Assembly (NCBI RefSeq): GCF_032116555.1 | Contig: NZ_CP134949.1 | Coordinates: 1,426,001 to 1,490,000, forward strand | Reading direction: 5' to 3' | Length of the DNA stretch: 64,000 nucleotides | From: Halorarum halobium | GTDB taxonomy: Archaea > Halobacteriota > Halobacteria > Halobacteriales > Haloferacaceae | In this document: positions 8,745 through 18,304 of the stretch, piece by piece | How positions within the stretch are numbered: the stretch's first letter is position 1 | Layout: each line of letters starts with the position of its first letter | The notes under the pieces: model-generated | The model's database searches: none | Told to the model about the DNA's origin: nothing | The model's input: only the letters and a program-made list of their open reading frames with translations | Made by a program: the position numbers and the translations under genes

Positions 8745-9188
8745 TCAGCGTTCCGGCGCGTCCCCGAGCGCCTCCTCCCGGAGTCGTCGCCCCTCCGCCG
8801 AGTCGACCGAGAGGTCCGGAACCGGCGTCGGTTCGAGGGTTTCGTCGACGGCGACGAACACGAAGTACGACGCGGTCGTCTGCTCGCGCTCGCCCGTTCT
8901 GGGGTTCTCGCGGAAGGCGCGAAGTCGGACCCGGACGCTCGTCCTGCCCGTCGCGTAGGCGTACGAGTCGATGACGCAGGTGTCGCCCTGCGGGACCGGA
9001 CGCTCGAAGTCGAGGCGGTCGATGCTGGCGGTGACACACGACTCGCCGGCGAGCCGCATCGCCGACATCGCGCCCGTCTCGTCCATCCATCGTGCGACGT
9101 TGCCGCCGTGGGCGGTGCCGTAGTTGTTGGTGTCGTCCGGCTGGACGCGCTCGCGGTTCTCGATGCGCGTGTCGAGCAGGGTGACCAT
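8745..9188 (-). CDS. Acyl-CoA thioesterase (hotdog fold)
   Basis: PDDTNNYGTAHGG...WMDE, VTASID...F..PV, TGRTS motifs; start at ATG 9188. Confidence 0.93.
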   Translation of the reverse strand: MVTLLDTRIENRERVQPDDTNNYGTAHGGNVARWMDETGAMSAMRLAGESCVTASIDRLDFERPVPQGDTCVIDSYAYATGRTSVRVRLRAFRENPRTGEREQTTASYFVFVAVDETLEPTPVPDLSVDSAEGRRLREEALGDAPER

Positions 9189-9334
9189 GCTCGCCCTTTC
9201 GGGCGCGTCCGCTTGAAATCGAGCCATCGTCTCCCGCGTCCGCACCGCCGAGTTCGGACCTGGTTCCGGCCACCCTTGCCGCCTCACTCGTGCGGTTTCG
9301 ACGGACCTTTGACGGCGGTACTCCGAGCGCGACC

Positions 9335-10594
9335 GTGTCCCGCGACGCCGACCCGTCAGCGCTTCAGTTCTGGACGCTGTATCTCTCCCGGTTCGCCGGC
9401 GGGTTCGGGTCAATCACGCTCGTCATCCTCATCCCGAAACTGGCCCCGGAACTCGGGCTGGGCGGGGTCGGACTCGGCCTGCTGTACACCGCGTTCACCC
9501 TCGCCCAGACGCTCATGGTTGTCCCGCTCGCGTGGGCGGGCGACCGGTACGACAAGCGGCTCGTCCTGCTCGGGACGCTCGCGCTCGGCGTGCTCACGTA
9601 CGCCGCGTTCGGGTTCGTCACCACCGGACGGCAGCTGATGGCCGTCCGCGCGTTCCAGGGCGTCGTCTTCACCGGGATGGGGCTGATGACGCTCGCGCTG
9701 GTCGGCGAGCTCGCCACGAAGGGCACCCGTGCGAACCACATCGGGAAGGCGAACGCCGCCTCGTTCGCCGCGTCCATCGTCGGCGGCCTCTCGGCCGGCT
9801 TCCTCTACGACTACTTCGCGGGCGGCCGGGAGGTGTTCCTGCTCATCACCGCCCTGTACGTCGTCACGTTCGGGGCGACGGCGCTGCTCCTGTCTTCGGA
9901 CGACACGCGCATTCACGGGTTCCCGTTCTCGGACCTCGCGGTCAACCGGCGGATCCTCACGCTCACGTCCTTCCGCGCGCAGTACTCGGTCGCGGTCACG
10001 CTCGTCCGGAACTGGGTGCCGGTGTTCGCGGGCTACGCGCTCGCGCAGGGCGGGCTCGGCTACCCGGCCTTCGCGGTCTCGGTCATCACCGTCTCCGAGA
10101 AGTTCACCAACATGCTGCTCCAGCCGTTCACCGGCCGGCTCTCCGATCGGTCCGGTCGGTCGCTGTTCGTCTTCGCGGGCGGCGGCACGTACGGGGTCGT
10201 CGCGCTGCTCGTCCCGTTCACGCCGATGATCGGCGCCACGGTCGGTCTCCCCGAGAGCTACCCCATCGTCGGCGCGGTCTCGGCCGCCTTCCTCCCGCTC
10301 GTCGCGCTCAACTGCGGGCTGGGCATCGCCGACAGCTTCCGGGAGCCGGCCAGCATGGCGCTGTTCGCGGACGAGGGGAGCGACGGGGAGGGCGTCGCGT
10401 CGAGCTTCGGCATCCGCGAACTCGTGTGGCGGCCCGGGTCGGTGCTCGCGCCGGTCGCGGGCGGGTGGCTGATGGCCGAGATCGGGATGGACTCGGTGTT
10501 CTACGTCGGCGGCGCGTTCGCGGTGCTCGGGGCGCTGACGTTCCTCGGCATCCTCTGGCGTGCCCACGGCGCGGGTGCCCTCCGGGAGTGGTAG
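9335..10594 (+). CDS. MFS transporter
   Basis: About 12 TM segments, AGDRYDKR and GRLSDRSGR motif A; probable GTG start at 9335. Confidence 0.9.
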   Translation: MSRDADPSALQFWTLYLSRFAGGFGSITLVILIPKLAPELGLGGVGLGLLYTAFTLAQTLMVVPLAWAGDRYDKRLVLLGTLALGVLTYAAFGFVTTGRQLMAVRAFQGVVFTGMGLMTLALVGELATKGTRANHIGKANAASFAASIVGGLSAGFLYDYFAGGREVFLLITALYVVTFGATALLLSSDDTRIHGFPFSDLAVNRRILTLTSFRAQYSVAVTLVRNWVPVFAGYALAQGGLGYPAFAVSVITVSEKFTNMLLQPFTGRLSDRSGRSLFVFAGGGTYGVVALLVPFTPMIGATVGLPESYPIVGAVSAAFLPLVALNCGLGIADSFREPASMALFADEGSDGEGVASSFGIRELVWRPGSVLAPVAGGWLMAEIGMDSVFYVGGAFAVLGALTFLGILWRAHGAGALREW

Positions 10595-10633
10595 GGAGGG
10601 AAAATCCCGGCCGTCCGGCGGGTTCGACGTCGC

Positions 10634-11818
10634 TTACAGTTCGGCCGCGACGGTCTCGGTTCCCGCGCCCACGTCCACGTTCGCACCGTGGTCGCGGAGC
10701 GTCTCGCCGAGCGCGCTCGCGAGGAACGAGACGTTCCCCGGGCGGGCGGAGTGGCCCATGCAGCCGATGCGGAAGACGTCCCCCGAGAGGTCGCCGAGCC
10801 CGCCGGCGATCTCGAGGTCGTACTCCGAGAGCAGGTCGTCGATGACCGCGCCGTCGTCGACGCCGGCCGGGACGCGGACGGCGTTGAGACTCGGGAGCCA
10901 GAACTCGTCGGCGGCGTTCATCTCCAGCCCCATCGCCTCCACGCCGGCCTTCAGCGCGCCGGCGACGCGGCGGTGACGGCCCCACCGCTCCTCGATGCCC
11001 TCCTCGGCGACGAGACGGAGTGCCTCCCGGAGCGCGTAGACGTTGGTGATCGGTGCCGTGTGGTGGTACGCGCGCTCGTCGCCCCAGTACCCCTCCAGCA
11101 GCGAGAGGTCGAGATACCACGAGCGGGCCGGCTCCTCCCGGCTCAACACCTTGTCCATCGCGCGGTCGTTCAGGGTGAGCGGCGACGCGCCAGGCGGGCA
11201 CGAGAGACACTTCTGGGGGCCCGAGTAGGCGACGTCGACGTTCCAGTCGTCCACCCGTAGCTCCACGCCGCCCAGCGACGTGACGCAGTCGGCGACGACG
11301 TACGCGTCGTGGTCGTGCGCGATGGAGGTGAGTTCGGGGACGCTCGGCTGCAGCGCGCCGGTCGACGTCTCGGCGTGGACGAAGCCGAACACGTCGGGCT
11401 GGTGTTCGTCGAAGGCGTCCTGCACGTCGGCCGGGTCGAGCGGTTCGCCCCACGGCGCGTCGACCTCGGCGACCTCGCCGCCGGCGCGGCGGGCCATCTC
11501 GGCCATCCGGCCGCCGAAGTAGCCGTTCGTCGGGACGAGCATCGTCTCGCCCGGCTCGACGAGGTTGCCGATGGCGGCCTCCATCGACGCCGACCCCGTC
11601 CCCGAGACGGGAATCGTCCACCGGTTGTCCGTCCGGAACGTGTAGCGGAGCAGTTCCTGGGTCTCGTCCATCACGTCGATGAACGACGGGTCGAGGTGTC
11701 CGACGAGCGGGGTCGCCATCGCGCGGAGCACGCGCGGGTGAACGTCGCTCGGGCCGGGGCCCATCAGGGTTCGATCGGACGGCGTGAGTTCGCCGACGTC
11801 GGGTCGGTCCATGCTCAT
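10634..11818 (-). CDS. Class V PLP aminotransferase (alanine-glyoxylate/serine-pyruvate type)
   Basis: LMGPGPS, SGTGSASMEA, VHAETSTG, DCVTS, SGPQKCLSCPPG (PLP lysine), YHHTAP, FRIGCMG. Confidence 0.95.
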   Translation of the reverse strand: MSMDRPDVGELTPSDRTLMGPGPSDVHPRVLRAMATPLVGHLDPSFIDVMDETQELLRYTFRTDNRWTIPVSGTGSASMEAAIGNLVEPGETMLVPTNGYFGGRMAEMARRAGGEVAEVDAPWGEPLDPADVQDAFDEHQPDVFGFVHAETSTGALQPSVPELTSIAHDHDAYVVADCVTSLGGVELRVDDWNVDVAYSGPQKCLSCPPGASPLTLNDRAMDKVLSREEPARSWYLDLSLLEGYWGDERAYHHTAPITNVYALREALRLVAEEGIEERWGRHRRVAGALKAGVEAMGLEMNAADEFWLPSLNAVRVPAGVDDGAVIDDLLSEYDLEIAGGLGDLSGDVFRIGCMGHSARPGNVSFLASALGETLRDHGANVDVGAGTETVAAEL

Positions 11819-11914
11819 GGCCACCACGGGCCGGGGCAAAAGCGCCGCGCTTCCGGACGGTGCGGCCGCGTCCAACGGGGAACGCTTACCCGCGCCCCCT
11901 CGGAAGACGACGGT

Positions 11915-12781
11915 ATGACCGACGGGGACACCGACGCGGACGCCGGGTGGTTCGCCGGCGACGACCCGGTCGATCGCGTCCGCACCGGCAGCGCGAGTGC
12001 GCCCGCCGACTGGCCGGAACTGGCCGTGGAGGCGGGCGCCGCGAGCGACCGCGAGGACTACTACCGCCGACTCAAGGAGGCGACGACGGAAGCGGCGCGA
12101 GCGGCCGTCGCCGAGCGCGAGCGGGCAGACGACAGACAGCTCCTGCACGCCGTCCGCGCGATGGACGACGCGGACCGGACCGCGAACGAACTGTCGGAGC
12201 GGCTCGCGGAGTGGGCCGGCAGCGTCTACGACGAGTCCGGCTCGGGCGTCGAGTACGCCCGCGAGGTCGCCGGCCGCGAGCCCGACGGGCCGACCGAGGA
12301 GCGGGTCGGCTCGCTCGCCACCCGGATCGTCGAACTGACCGAGGAAGCACGCGACCTCGAAGCGTTCATCGAGTCCCGTGGGCCGGTGGCAGCGCCGAAC
12401 CTCTCGGCGCTCGCCGGTCCGGTGCTCGCCGCGCGGCTGATCTCGCTCGCGGGCGGACTCGAACCGCTCGCCAAGAAGCCGTCCGGGACGCTCCAGGTGC
12501 TCGGCGCGGAGGACGCGCTGTTCGCACACCTCCGTGGCCACGCGCCGTCGCCGAAACACGGCGTCATCTACACCCACGACTACGTCCGGGGAACGCGGGC
12601 CGAGGACCGCGGGTCGGCCGCCCGCGCGCTCGCCGGGAAGCTGACCATCGCGGCGAGAATCGACCACTACTCGGGCGACCTGCGCCCGGACCTCGAAGCC
12701 GACCTCGACGAGCGGATGCGGACCATCCGTGCGCGTGGTGAGGGTGGCGTCGACGGGAGTGAGGAGGCGACCGATGGATAA
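11915..12781 (+). CDS. nop5: Nop5/Nop56 C/D-box RNP protein
   Basis: APNLSALAG..LAARLISLAGG, QVLGAEDALF, SPKHGVIY, ALAGKLTIAARID. Confidence 0.95.
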   Translation: MTDGDTDADAGWFAGDDPVDRVRTGSASAPADWPELAVEAGAASDREDYYRRLKEATTEAARAAVAERERADDRQLLHAVRAMDDADRTANELSERLAEWAGSVYDESGSGVEYAREVAGREPDGPTEERVGSLATRIVELTEEARDLEAFIESRGPVAAPNLSALAGPVLAARLISLAGGLEPLAKKPSGTLQVLGAEDALFAHLRGHAPSPKHGVIYTHDYVRGTRAEDRGSAARALAGKLTIAARIDHYSGDLRPDLEADLDERMRTIRARGEGGVDGSEEATDG

Positions 12782-13406
12782 TCTGCCCGAGGGAGTGACG
12801 CGCCGCGAGTTCGACGGCCGCGACCGACTCTGTACGCGGGGTGAGCCGGTGTATGGCGAACCGACCGACGGCGACTGGCGAGTCTGGGACGCCTCCCGGT
12901 CGAAGCTGGGTGCGATGCTCGAACTGGGGATGGAGACGGGGCTCTCCGGCGGCGACTCGGTGCTGTATCTCGGCGCGGCGAACGGAACCACCGTGAGCCA
13001 CGTCGCCGACGTCGCCGGGCCGACCTACGCCGTCGAGTTCGCGCCCCGGCCCGTGCGGGACCTGCTGGCGGCGGCGGAGTCGCGCTCGAACCTGCTCCCC
13101 CTGCTGAAGGACGCCCGGCGCCCGGAGTCGTACGCCCACGTCGTCGAGTCGGACGTCGACGTGCTGGTCCAGGACGTGGCGACCCGCGGACAGGCGACCG
13201 TGGCGACCAGGAACGCCCGGTTCCTGTCCGGGGACGGGAGGCTCGTGCTCGCCGTCAAGGCGCGCTCTGAGGACGTCGCCGCCTCGCCCGAGTCCGTGTT
13301 CGCCGACGTGCGGACGGAGCTCTCGGAGGCCTACGAGATCCTGGGGGAGTCGCGGCTCGATCGCTTCCACGCGGACCACCTCGGCATCGTGGCGCGGCCA
13401 CGGTAG
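12774..13406 (+). CDS. flpA: Fibrillarin-like rRNA/tRNA 2'-O-methyltransferase
   Basis: VYGE, RSKLGA, VLYLGAANGTTVSH, YAVEF, QDVA; overlaps nop5. Confidence 0.96.
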   Translation: MDNLPEGVTRREFDGRDRLCTRGEPVYGEPTDGDWRVWDASRSKLGAMLELGMETGLSGGDSVLYLGAANGTTVSHVADVAGPTYAVEFAPRPVRDLLAAAESRSNLLPLLKDARRPESYAHVVESDVDVLVQDVATRGQATVATRNARFLSGDGRLVLAVKARSEDVAASPESVFADVRTELSEAYEILGESRLDRFHADHLGIVARPR

Positions 13407-13674
13407 CAGTTGCCCGGCGGCGTCGGTGCCACGTCCGTGACCAGCACGTCCCGGTTTCTCTGCTCGGCCTCCCGGCTACGCGGACTACGGGTTCGGCCAG
13501 CCACGCCGAACCACCGGCGTCCGTGCGTGCTGGCCCCGGATTCGTATTTGAAGCTTCGCCCGTGAACCGGCGGTACGCTGTGACACGCCGAACCGTCGGC
13601 GCTCGTGCGCGGAAAGCGCACGACGTGAGCCGCTATCCCGGGATATATACCACCCCGTGCCCAACCCCGGTTCG

Positions 13675-14823
13675 ATGGAGCGAGGTTCGCGGGAGGCGTT
13701 CACCCGGCTCGGGACTCTCGGCGTCGAGGAGGAGTTCTACATCGTCGACGACACGGGGCGGCCCGTCTCGGGCACCGACGACCTCGTCTACGGCGACCCG
13801 CCCGAGTCGGACCTCCTCGCGGACCGCATCGACCACGAACTGTTCAAGTGTACGATCGAGACGCAGACGCCGCTCATCGAGAACCCCGGTGACGTGGAAC
13901 CGAACGTCGTCGCGGTCCGGGAAGCGCTCGTCGAACACGCCGAGCGTCACGGCTATCGGATCGCCGGTGCGGGCCTCCACCCGGCGGCGAAGTGGCGCGA
14001 ACTCGATCACGCGGAGAAGCCACGCTATCGGGCCCAGCTCGACCGGATCCAGTATCCACAGCACCGAAACACGACCGCCGGACTCCACGTCCACGTCGGC
14101 GTCGACGACGCCGACAAGGCGGTGTGGATCGCCAACGAACTCCGCTGGCATCTCCCACCGTTGCTCGCGCTGTCGGCCAACTCGCCGTTCTGGAACGGGT
14201 TCGACACCGGGCTCGCTTCCGCCCGTGCCAAGATATTCGAGGGGCTCCCGAACACTGGGATGCCCACGCGCTTTGCGGACTTCGAGGCGTTCGACCGGTT
14301 CGAGCGGCGGATGATGGCCCACGGGTCGATCGACGACCGCGGCGAACTCTGGTACGACGTCCGCCCGCACACCGACCACGGGACCGTGGAGGTCCGTGCC
14401 CCCGACGGGCAGTCCGACCCGGCGGTCGTGTCGCCGTTCGTCGAGGTCGTCCACGCGCTCGTGCTGGATCTCGCGGCACGGTACGAGGACGAGGCGACGC
14501 CGAGCGACGACGGGTCGACCGTCGGCGGAGCCGGCGGTCGCGCCGCCGCCGACGGCGCCGTCGGGTCGTCGTCGGACGGGCTCCGACGCGAACTCCTCGA
14601 CGAGAACAAGTGGCGGGCGATGCGGTACGGGCACGGAGCGTCGTTCATCGACCGCGACGGCGACTCGGTCGTCGATCTCGCCACCGTCGTCGACGGGCTG
14701 GAGGAACGACTGGGCGTCGAGTCGCTGTCGACCCTGTACGAGCGGGAATCCGGGGCCGAACGACAGCGTCGGATCCACGAGGAGGGCGGCTTCGACGCGC
14801 TCCGTGAGTCGCTTCTGGTTTAG
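13675..14823 (+). CDS. gshA: Glutamate--cysteine ligase (GCS2/YbdK family)
   Basis: [46 protein letters not shown]. Confidence 0.92.
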   Translation: MERGSREAFTRLGTLGVEEEFYIVDDTGRPVSGTDDLVYGDPPESDLLADRIDHELFKCTIETQTPLIENPGDVEPNVVAVREALVEHAERHGYRIAGAGLHPAAKWRELDHAEKPRYRAQLDRIQYPQHRNTTAGLHVHVGVDDADKAVWIANELRWHLPPLLALSANSPFWNGFDTGLASARAKIFEGLPNTGMPTRFADFEAFDRFERRMMAHGSIDDRGELWYDVRPHTDHGTVEVRAPDGQSDPAVVSPFVEVVHALVLDLAARYEDEATPSDDGSTVGGAGGRAAADGAVGSSSDGLRRELLDENKWRAMRYGHGASFIDRDGDSVVDLATVVDGLEERLGVESLSTLYERESGAERQRRIHEEGGFDALRESLLV

Positions 14824-14877
14824 TCCTCGCCGCGCCGACGGGTTTTTTCCGACGGAGTTCCGAGCGCCTACAGAACC

Positions 14878-15519
14878 ATGGCTTCCGAGGACGGCCCGGA
14901 GGACGCGGGCGAGGACGACGACGGACGGGTGAGCGTCGGCGCGGAGGGCGCACGGGAGCAGTTGCGGGAGGCGACCGAGCGGATCGGCGAGAGCGCGGGC
15001 GACGTCGCGGAGAGCTTCGACGAGCGCGCCATCGACCTGCTGTCGTGGCTACTGGACACCGAGACTCGAGCGCGGATCTACGTGTTCCTCCGCGAGAACC
15101 CGGACTCGACCAGCCAGGAGGTCGCCGACGGGACCGGACTCTACCCGAGCACCGTCCGGGAGGCGCTCGCGGAGCTTCACGAGGACGAGACCGTGACGCG
15201 ACGAAAGCGGGAGGCGACGGGGGCCGGCAACAACCCCTACGAGTACGAGGCCATCGCGCCGTCGACGCTGGTCGAGGGCGTCGTCGAACAGGTCCAGACG
15301 GAGCTCAACACCGTGTTCAACCTCGACCGTCACCTGGGCCGGGACGCCTCCGACGAGACGACGCCGGTCACCATCTCGGTCGAGACCGCCGACGGCGACG
15401 CCCGGAACGAACCGGGTGGCCGGGGCGACGGCGGCGGTCCGGAGCGTCGCGGCGACCGGGAGGACCGGGGCGAGCGTTCCGGGACCCACGGGGACGAACC
15501 GCCCGCCGACGACTCGTAG
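14878..15519 (+). CDS. Winged-HTH (TrmB-like) transcription regulator
   Basis: ARIYVFLRENPDSTSQEVADGTGLYPSTVREALAEL, G.NPYEYEAIAP. Confidence 0.85.
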   Translation: MASEDGPEDAGEDDDGRVSVGAEGAREQLREATERIGESAGDVAESFDERAIDLLSWLLDTETRARIYVFLRENPDSTSQEVADGTGLYPSTVREALAELHEDETVTRRKREATGAGNNPYEYEAIAPSTLVEGVVEQVQTELNTVFNLDRHLGRDASDETTPVTISVETADGDARNEPGGRGDGGGPERRGDREDRGERSGTHGDEPPADDS

Positions 15520-15555
15520 CGCCCCATTTATGGTCCGGCGGGCAAACGGAGTTCC

Positions 15556-16050
15556 ATGAACGTCGCGCTGGGCGGGACATTCGACCCCATCCACGACGGC
15601 CATCGCGTGCTGTTCGAGCGCGCGTTCGAACTCGGCGACGTGACGGTCGGGCTCACCTCCGACGAACTCGCGCCGAGGACGCGCCACGAGGACCGCTGGG
15701 TCCGCCCGTTCGACGAGCGAAAGCGCGATCTGGAGGCCGAACTCGCGCCGCTGGCTGCCGAACACGGCCGCGAGTTCTCCGTCAGGCCGCTCACCGAACC
15801 GACCGGCATCGCGACCGAACCGGAGTTCGACGCGCTCATCGTCTCGCCCGAGACCCGCGAGGGGGGCGAGCGGATCAACCAACTCCGCCGGGAGGCCGGT
15901 CACGACCCGCTCCGCATCGAAGTCGTCGAACACGTCCCGGCCGAGGACGGCGACCGGATCTCCTCGACCCGCATCGTCAAGGGCGAGATCGACCAGCACG
16001 GGAACCTCACGCCCGAGCGTGAGGGCCGTGGCACCGCCCGCCCGGACTGA
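15556..16050 (+). CDS. coaD: Phosphopantetheine adenylyltransferase
   Basis: GGTFDPIHDGH (HxGH), VGLTSD, VSPET, ISSTRI. Confidence 0.93.
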   Translation: MNVALGGTFDPIHDGHRVLFERAFELGDVTVGLTSDELAPRTRHEDRWVRPFDERKRDLEAELAPLAAEHGREFSVRPLTEPTGIATEPEFDALIVSPETREGGERINQLRREAGHDPLRIEVVEHVPAEDGDRISSTRIVKGEIDQHGNLTPEREGRGTARPD

Positions 16051-16051
16051 C

Positions 16052-16276
16052 GTGCCGTTCAGCGGTGCAACCGGGTGGCTCTCCCGGCGGTCGGCACCGG
16101 TGCTCCTCCTCTCGGGCGGCGCGGGACTCGCACTGGCCGGCTACGCGCTGATCCGTTCGACTGGAACGGATCCCGACAGCCTCCTCGCGTACGTCGGCGG
16201 CGCGCTGCTGCTGCTCGGTCAGCTTTCGGCAGTCGTCGGCCTCGCGATCCTCGCCTGGTGGCTCGTCAGCGACTGA
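16052..16276 (+). CDS. Small 2-TM membrane protein
   Basis: Two hydrophobic segments; GTG right after the coaD stop. Confidence 0.55.
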   Translation: MPFSGATGWLSRRSAPVLLLSGGAGLALAGYALIRSTGTDPDSLLAYVGGALLLLGQLSAVVGLAILAWWLVSD

Positions 16277-16319
16277 TCGTCTTCGCTTCCCTCGCGGAAC
16301 GGGAGCGCGTTGGGCCGGG

Positions 16320-16628
16320 TCACCACGTCGGCGGGGAGAACCCCGCATCCCTGAGGATCTCCTTCCAGCGCTGCTGGACCGACAGCCGCGTCACGTCCAT
16401 CGACTCGGCCACGCGAGTCTGTGACCGCTCGTCGCCGGCGATGAGCGCGCCGGCGTACAGCGCCGCCGCGGCCATCGCGGGCTTGGACCGCTCGGCCTCG
16501 GGGACGTGGGAGAGGAACAGGTCCGTCGCGTTCGACCGCGCCTCGCTCGAGAGCTCCAGCGACTCGGCGGCCCGCCGGAGGTCGCGGAGCCACTCCTCGT
16601 TTTCCACCTCGTCGCTCGCGCGGTACAC
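16320..16628 (-). CDS. Single cyclin-fold (TFIIB repeat-like) protein
   Basis: RSKPAMAAAALYAGALIAGDERSQTRVAESMDVTRLSVQQRWKE resembles the TFIIB C-terminal cyclin repeat; TATA-like CTTAAG upstream. Confidence 0.85.
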   Translation of the reverse strand: MYRASDEVENEEWLRDLRRAAESLELSSEARSNATDLFLSHVPEAERSKPAMAAAALYAGALIAGDERSQTRVAESMDVTRLSVQQRWKEILRDAGFSPPTW

Positions 16629-16711
16629 GGTGGGACTGTCGTCGTTCCGCTACTTAAGGGCTCGGCGTCCTCCGACAGCTACTTACGACGATTTCCGGTA
16701 GTATTCGATGC

Positions 16712-16796
16712 GCGCGGGTAGCCAAGCCAGGCCAACGGCGCAGCGCTTAGGACGCTGTCCCATAGGGGTCCGCCGGTTCGAATCCGGTCCCGCGCA
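16712..16796 (+). tRNA. tRNA-Leu(TAG)
   Basis: Acceptor GCGCGGG/CCCGCGC, anticodon arm CAGCG-CT-TAG-GA-CGCTG, long variable arm, GGTTCGAATCC. Confidence 0.97.
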
Positions 16797-16911
16797 GTGA
16801 CCGTCGCGAGCGGAGCGAGCGGCGTGAACGAGCAGGACCGAATTCGAAGGAGACGAGGCGCGCACGGTGGAGCGAGCAGGTCTCGGGGTGGTTCGAATCC
16901 GGTTTCCGTGC
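16797..16911 (+). repeat. tRNA-trailing repeat element, copy 2 (tRNA-Leu-specific arms)
   Basis: Inverted copy GGACCGAATTCGAA at 16835-16848; direct copy GGTTCGAATCCGGTTTCCGTGC at 16890-16911; GAGCGGAGCGAG core. Confidence 0.82.
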
Positions 16912-16974
16912 TTGGGGGATGAAGTTGCGACTGAGAGGGAACACCTAATGACGACCGCAAAATCCCCCACTTCT

Positions 16975-17350
16975 GTCGGCTCGGTGCGGCCGCTGTGCTC
17001 CTCGCGCTCACTCGCTTCGCTCGTTCGCGCTGTGGTGCTTGTCGGTCCGCGCTTACGGAAGACTCGCTTCGCTCGACTTCCGAATTCTCGTTCGCTTCTC
17101 GCTCACGAGAGCTTCCCCGACGGAAGCGGCCCCTTTCAGTCCCACCCGACCGCGACCGTACGGCACGGCCACATGCCTCCCTTACCTCGGAGCACGCTCC
17201 TCGGAACTCACCCTCGCTTCGCTCGCGTGAACAGCCGATTCGCTCGGTTGGCTCGCTTCGCTCGCCGCCCTCCACTCATCCCTCGCGCGGTTCGGCCGCC
17301 CACGGGGGGCGGCCGCCGCGCGCCACCGCACACCGCCCAGCCAACCGCCA
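16975..17350. repeat. Intergenic cluster of REP-like palindromic repeats
   Basis: Four exact CTCGCTTCGCTCG copies (17011, 17063, 17213, 17252), several inside stems; CCCTTTCAGTCCCACCC core at 17131-17147; CACCGC runs at the end. Confidence 0.8.
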
Positions 17351-17491
17351 CCGCAGACGGTCACGGTGAACCGCCGGACTGCCCCCCGTCGTCGCTCCGA
17401 TTCGAACGTCGTCTCGCGGTCCCGAACACCGCAAGCCGGGCGCATGACGGGTTCGCAAGGACTTTGGCACAGCCCCGGCACCGTATAGGAA

Positions 17492-18301
17492 ATGTCCCGT
17501 CCGACCGACCTCCTGTCCGACCTCGTCGGGGACGTCGACGGGGTCGTCCTCTTCTCCCCGTCCGGCTCGCAGTACACCGAGTTCGTCGAGGCCGAGGGGG
17601 ACCCGGTCGTCGTCGCCGCGGACAACGACGTGGAGGCCGAGCGGTACGTCGAACTGCCGCTGACGTTCGACAACGTCAAGGACAGGATCCGGTTCGGGAT
17701 CGAGGGGGCGATGGAGCGCGACTTCCTCGAGGACGGCGACACGGTCGCCTGCGCGGTCGGGGTGTTCGACGACGCCATCGACGGGGTCGTTCGGACGCCG
17801 GTCGACGAGTCGATGCACTCGGGCATCTTCGACCTGTTCGCCAACTCGCGGGCGGACCCGAACGTCGTCCGCGACGTGTTCGACGTCGCCATCGAACTCG
17901 GGAAGAAGGGCCAGAAGGGCAAGCCCGTCGGCGCGCTGTTCGTCGTCGGCGACGCGGGGAAGGTGATGAACAAGTCCCGTCCGCTCTCGTACAACCCGTT
18001 CGAGAAGTCCCACGTCCACGTCGGCGACCCCATCGTGAACGTGATGTTGAAGGAGTTCTCCCGACTCGACGGCGCGTTCGTCATCAGCGACTCGGGCAAG
18101 ATCGTCTCGGCCTACCGCTACCTCGAACCGGCCGCAGAGGGCGTCGACATCCCGAAGGGGCTCGGGGCACGCCACATGGCCGCCGGGGCGATCACCCGCG
18201 ACACGAACGCCATCGCCATCGTGCTCTCGGAGTCCGACGGCCTCGTCCGCGCGTTCAAGGGCGGGACGATCATCCTCGAACTCGATCCGGAGGAGTACTG
18301 A
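17492..18301 (+). CDS. dacZ: Diadenylate cyclase (DisA_N domain)
   Basis: KPVGALFVVGD, LDGAFVI (DGA motif), GLGARHMAA, AIVLSESDG; archaeal N-terminal extension. Confidence 0.93.
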   Translation: MSRPTDLLSDLVGDVDGVVLFSPSGSQYTEFVEAEGDPVVVAADNDVEAERYVELPLTFDNVKDRIRFGIEGAMERDFLEDGDTVACAVGVFDDAIDGVVRTPVDESMHSGIFDLFANSRADPNVVRDVFDVAIELGKKGQKGKPVGALFVVGDAGKVMNKSRPLSYNPFEKSHVHVGDPIVNVMLKEFSRLDGAFVISDSGKIVSAYRYLEPAAEGVDIPKGLGARHMAAGAITRDTNAIAIVLSESDGLVRAFKGGTIILELDPEEY

Positions 18302-18304
18302 CCC

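Noticed and set aside
13407..13674. C/D-box sRNA downstream of nop5-fibrillarin
   Set aside because: No convincing RUGAUGA/CUGA box pair was found by eye.
16975..17350. Possible CRISPR array
   Set aside because: Repeats are only 13 nt, irregularly spaced, with palindromic flanks and no cas operon; the Cas4-like domain at 45 kb belongs to a Dna2-like helicase.
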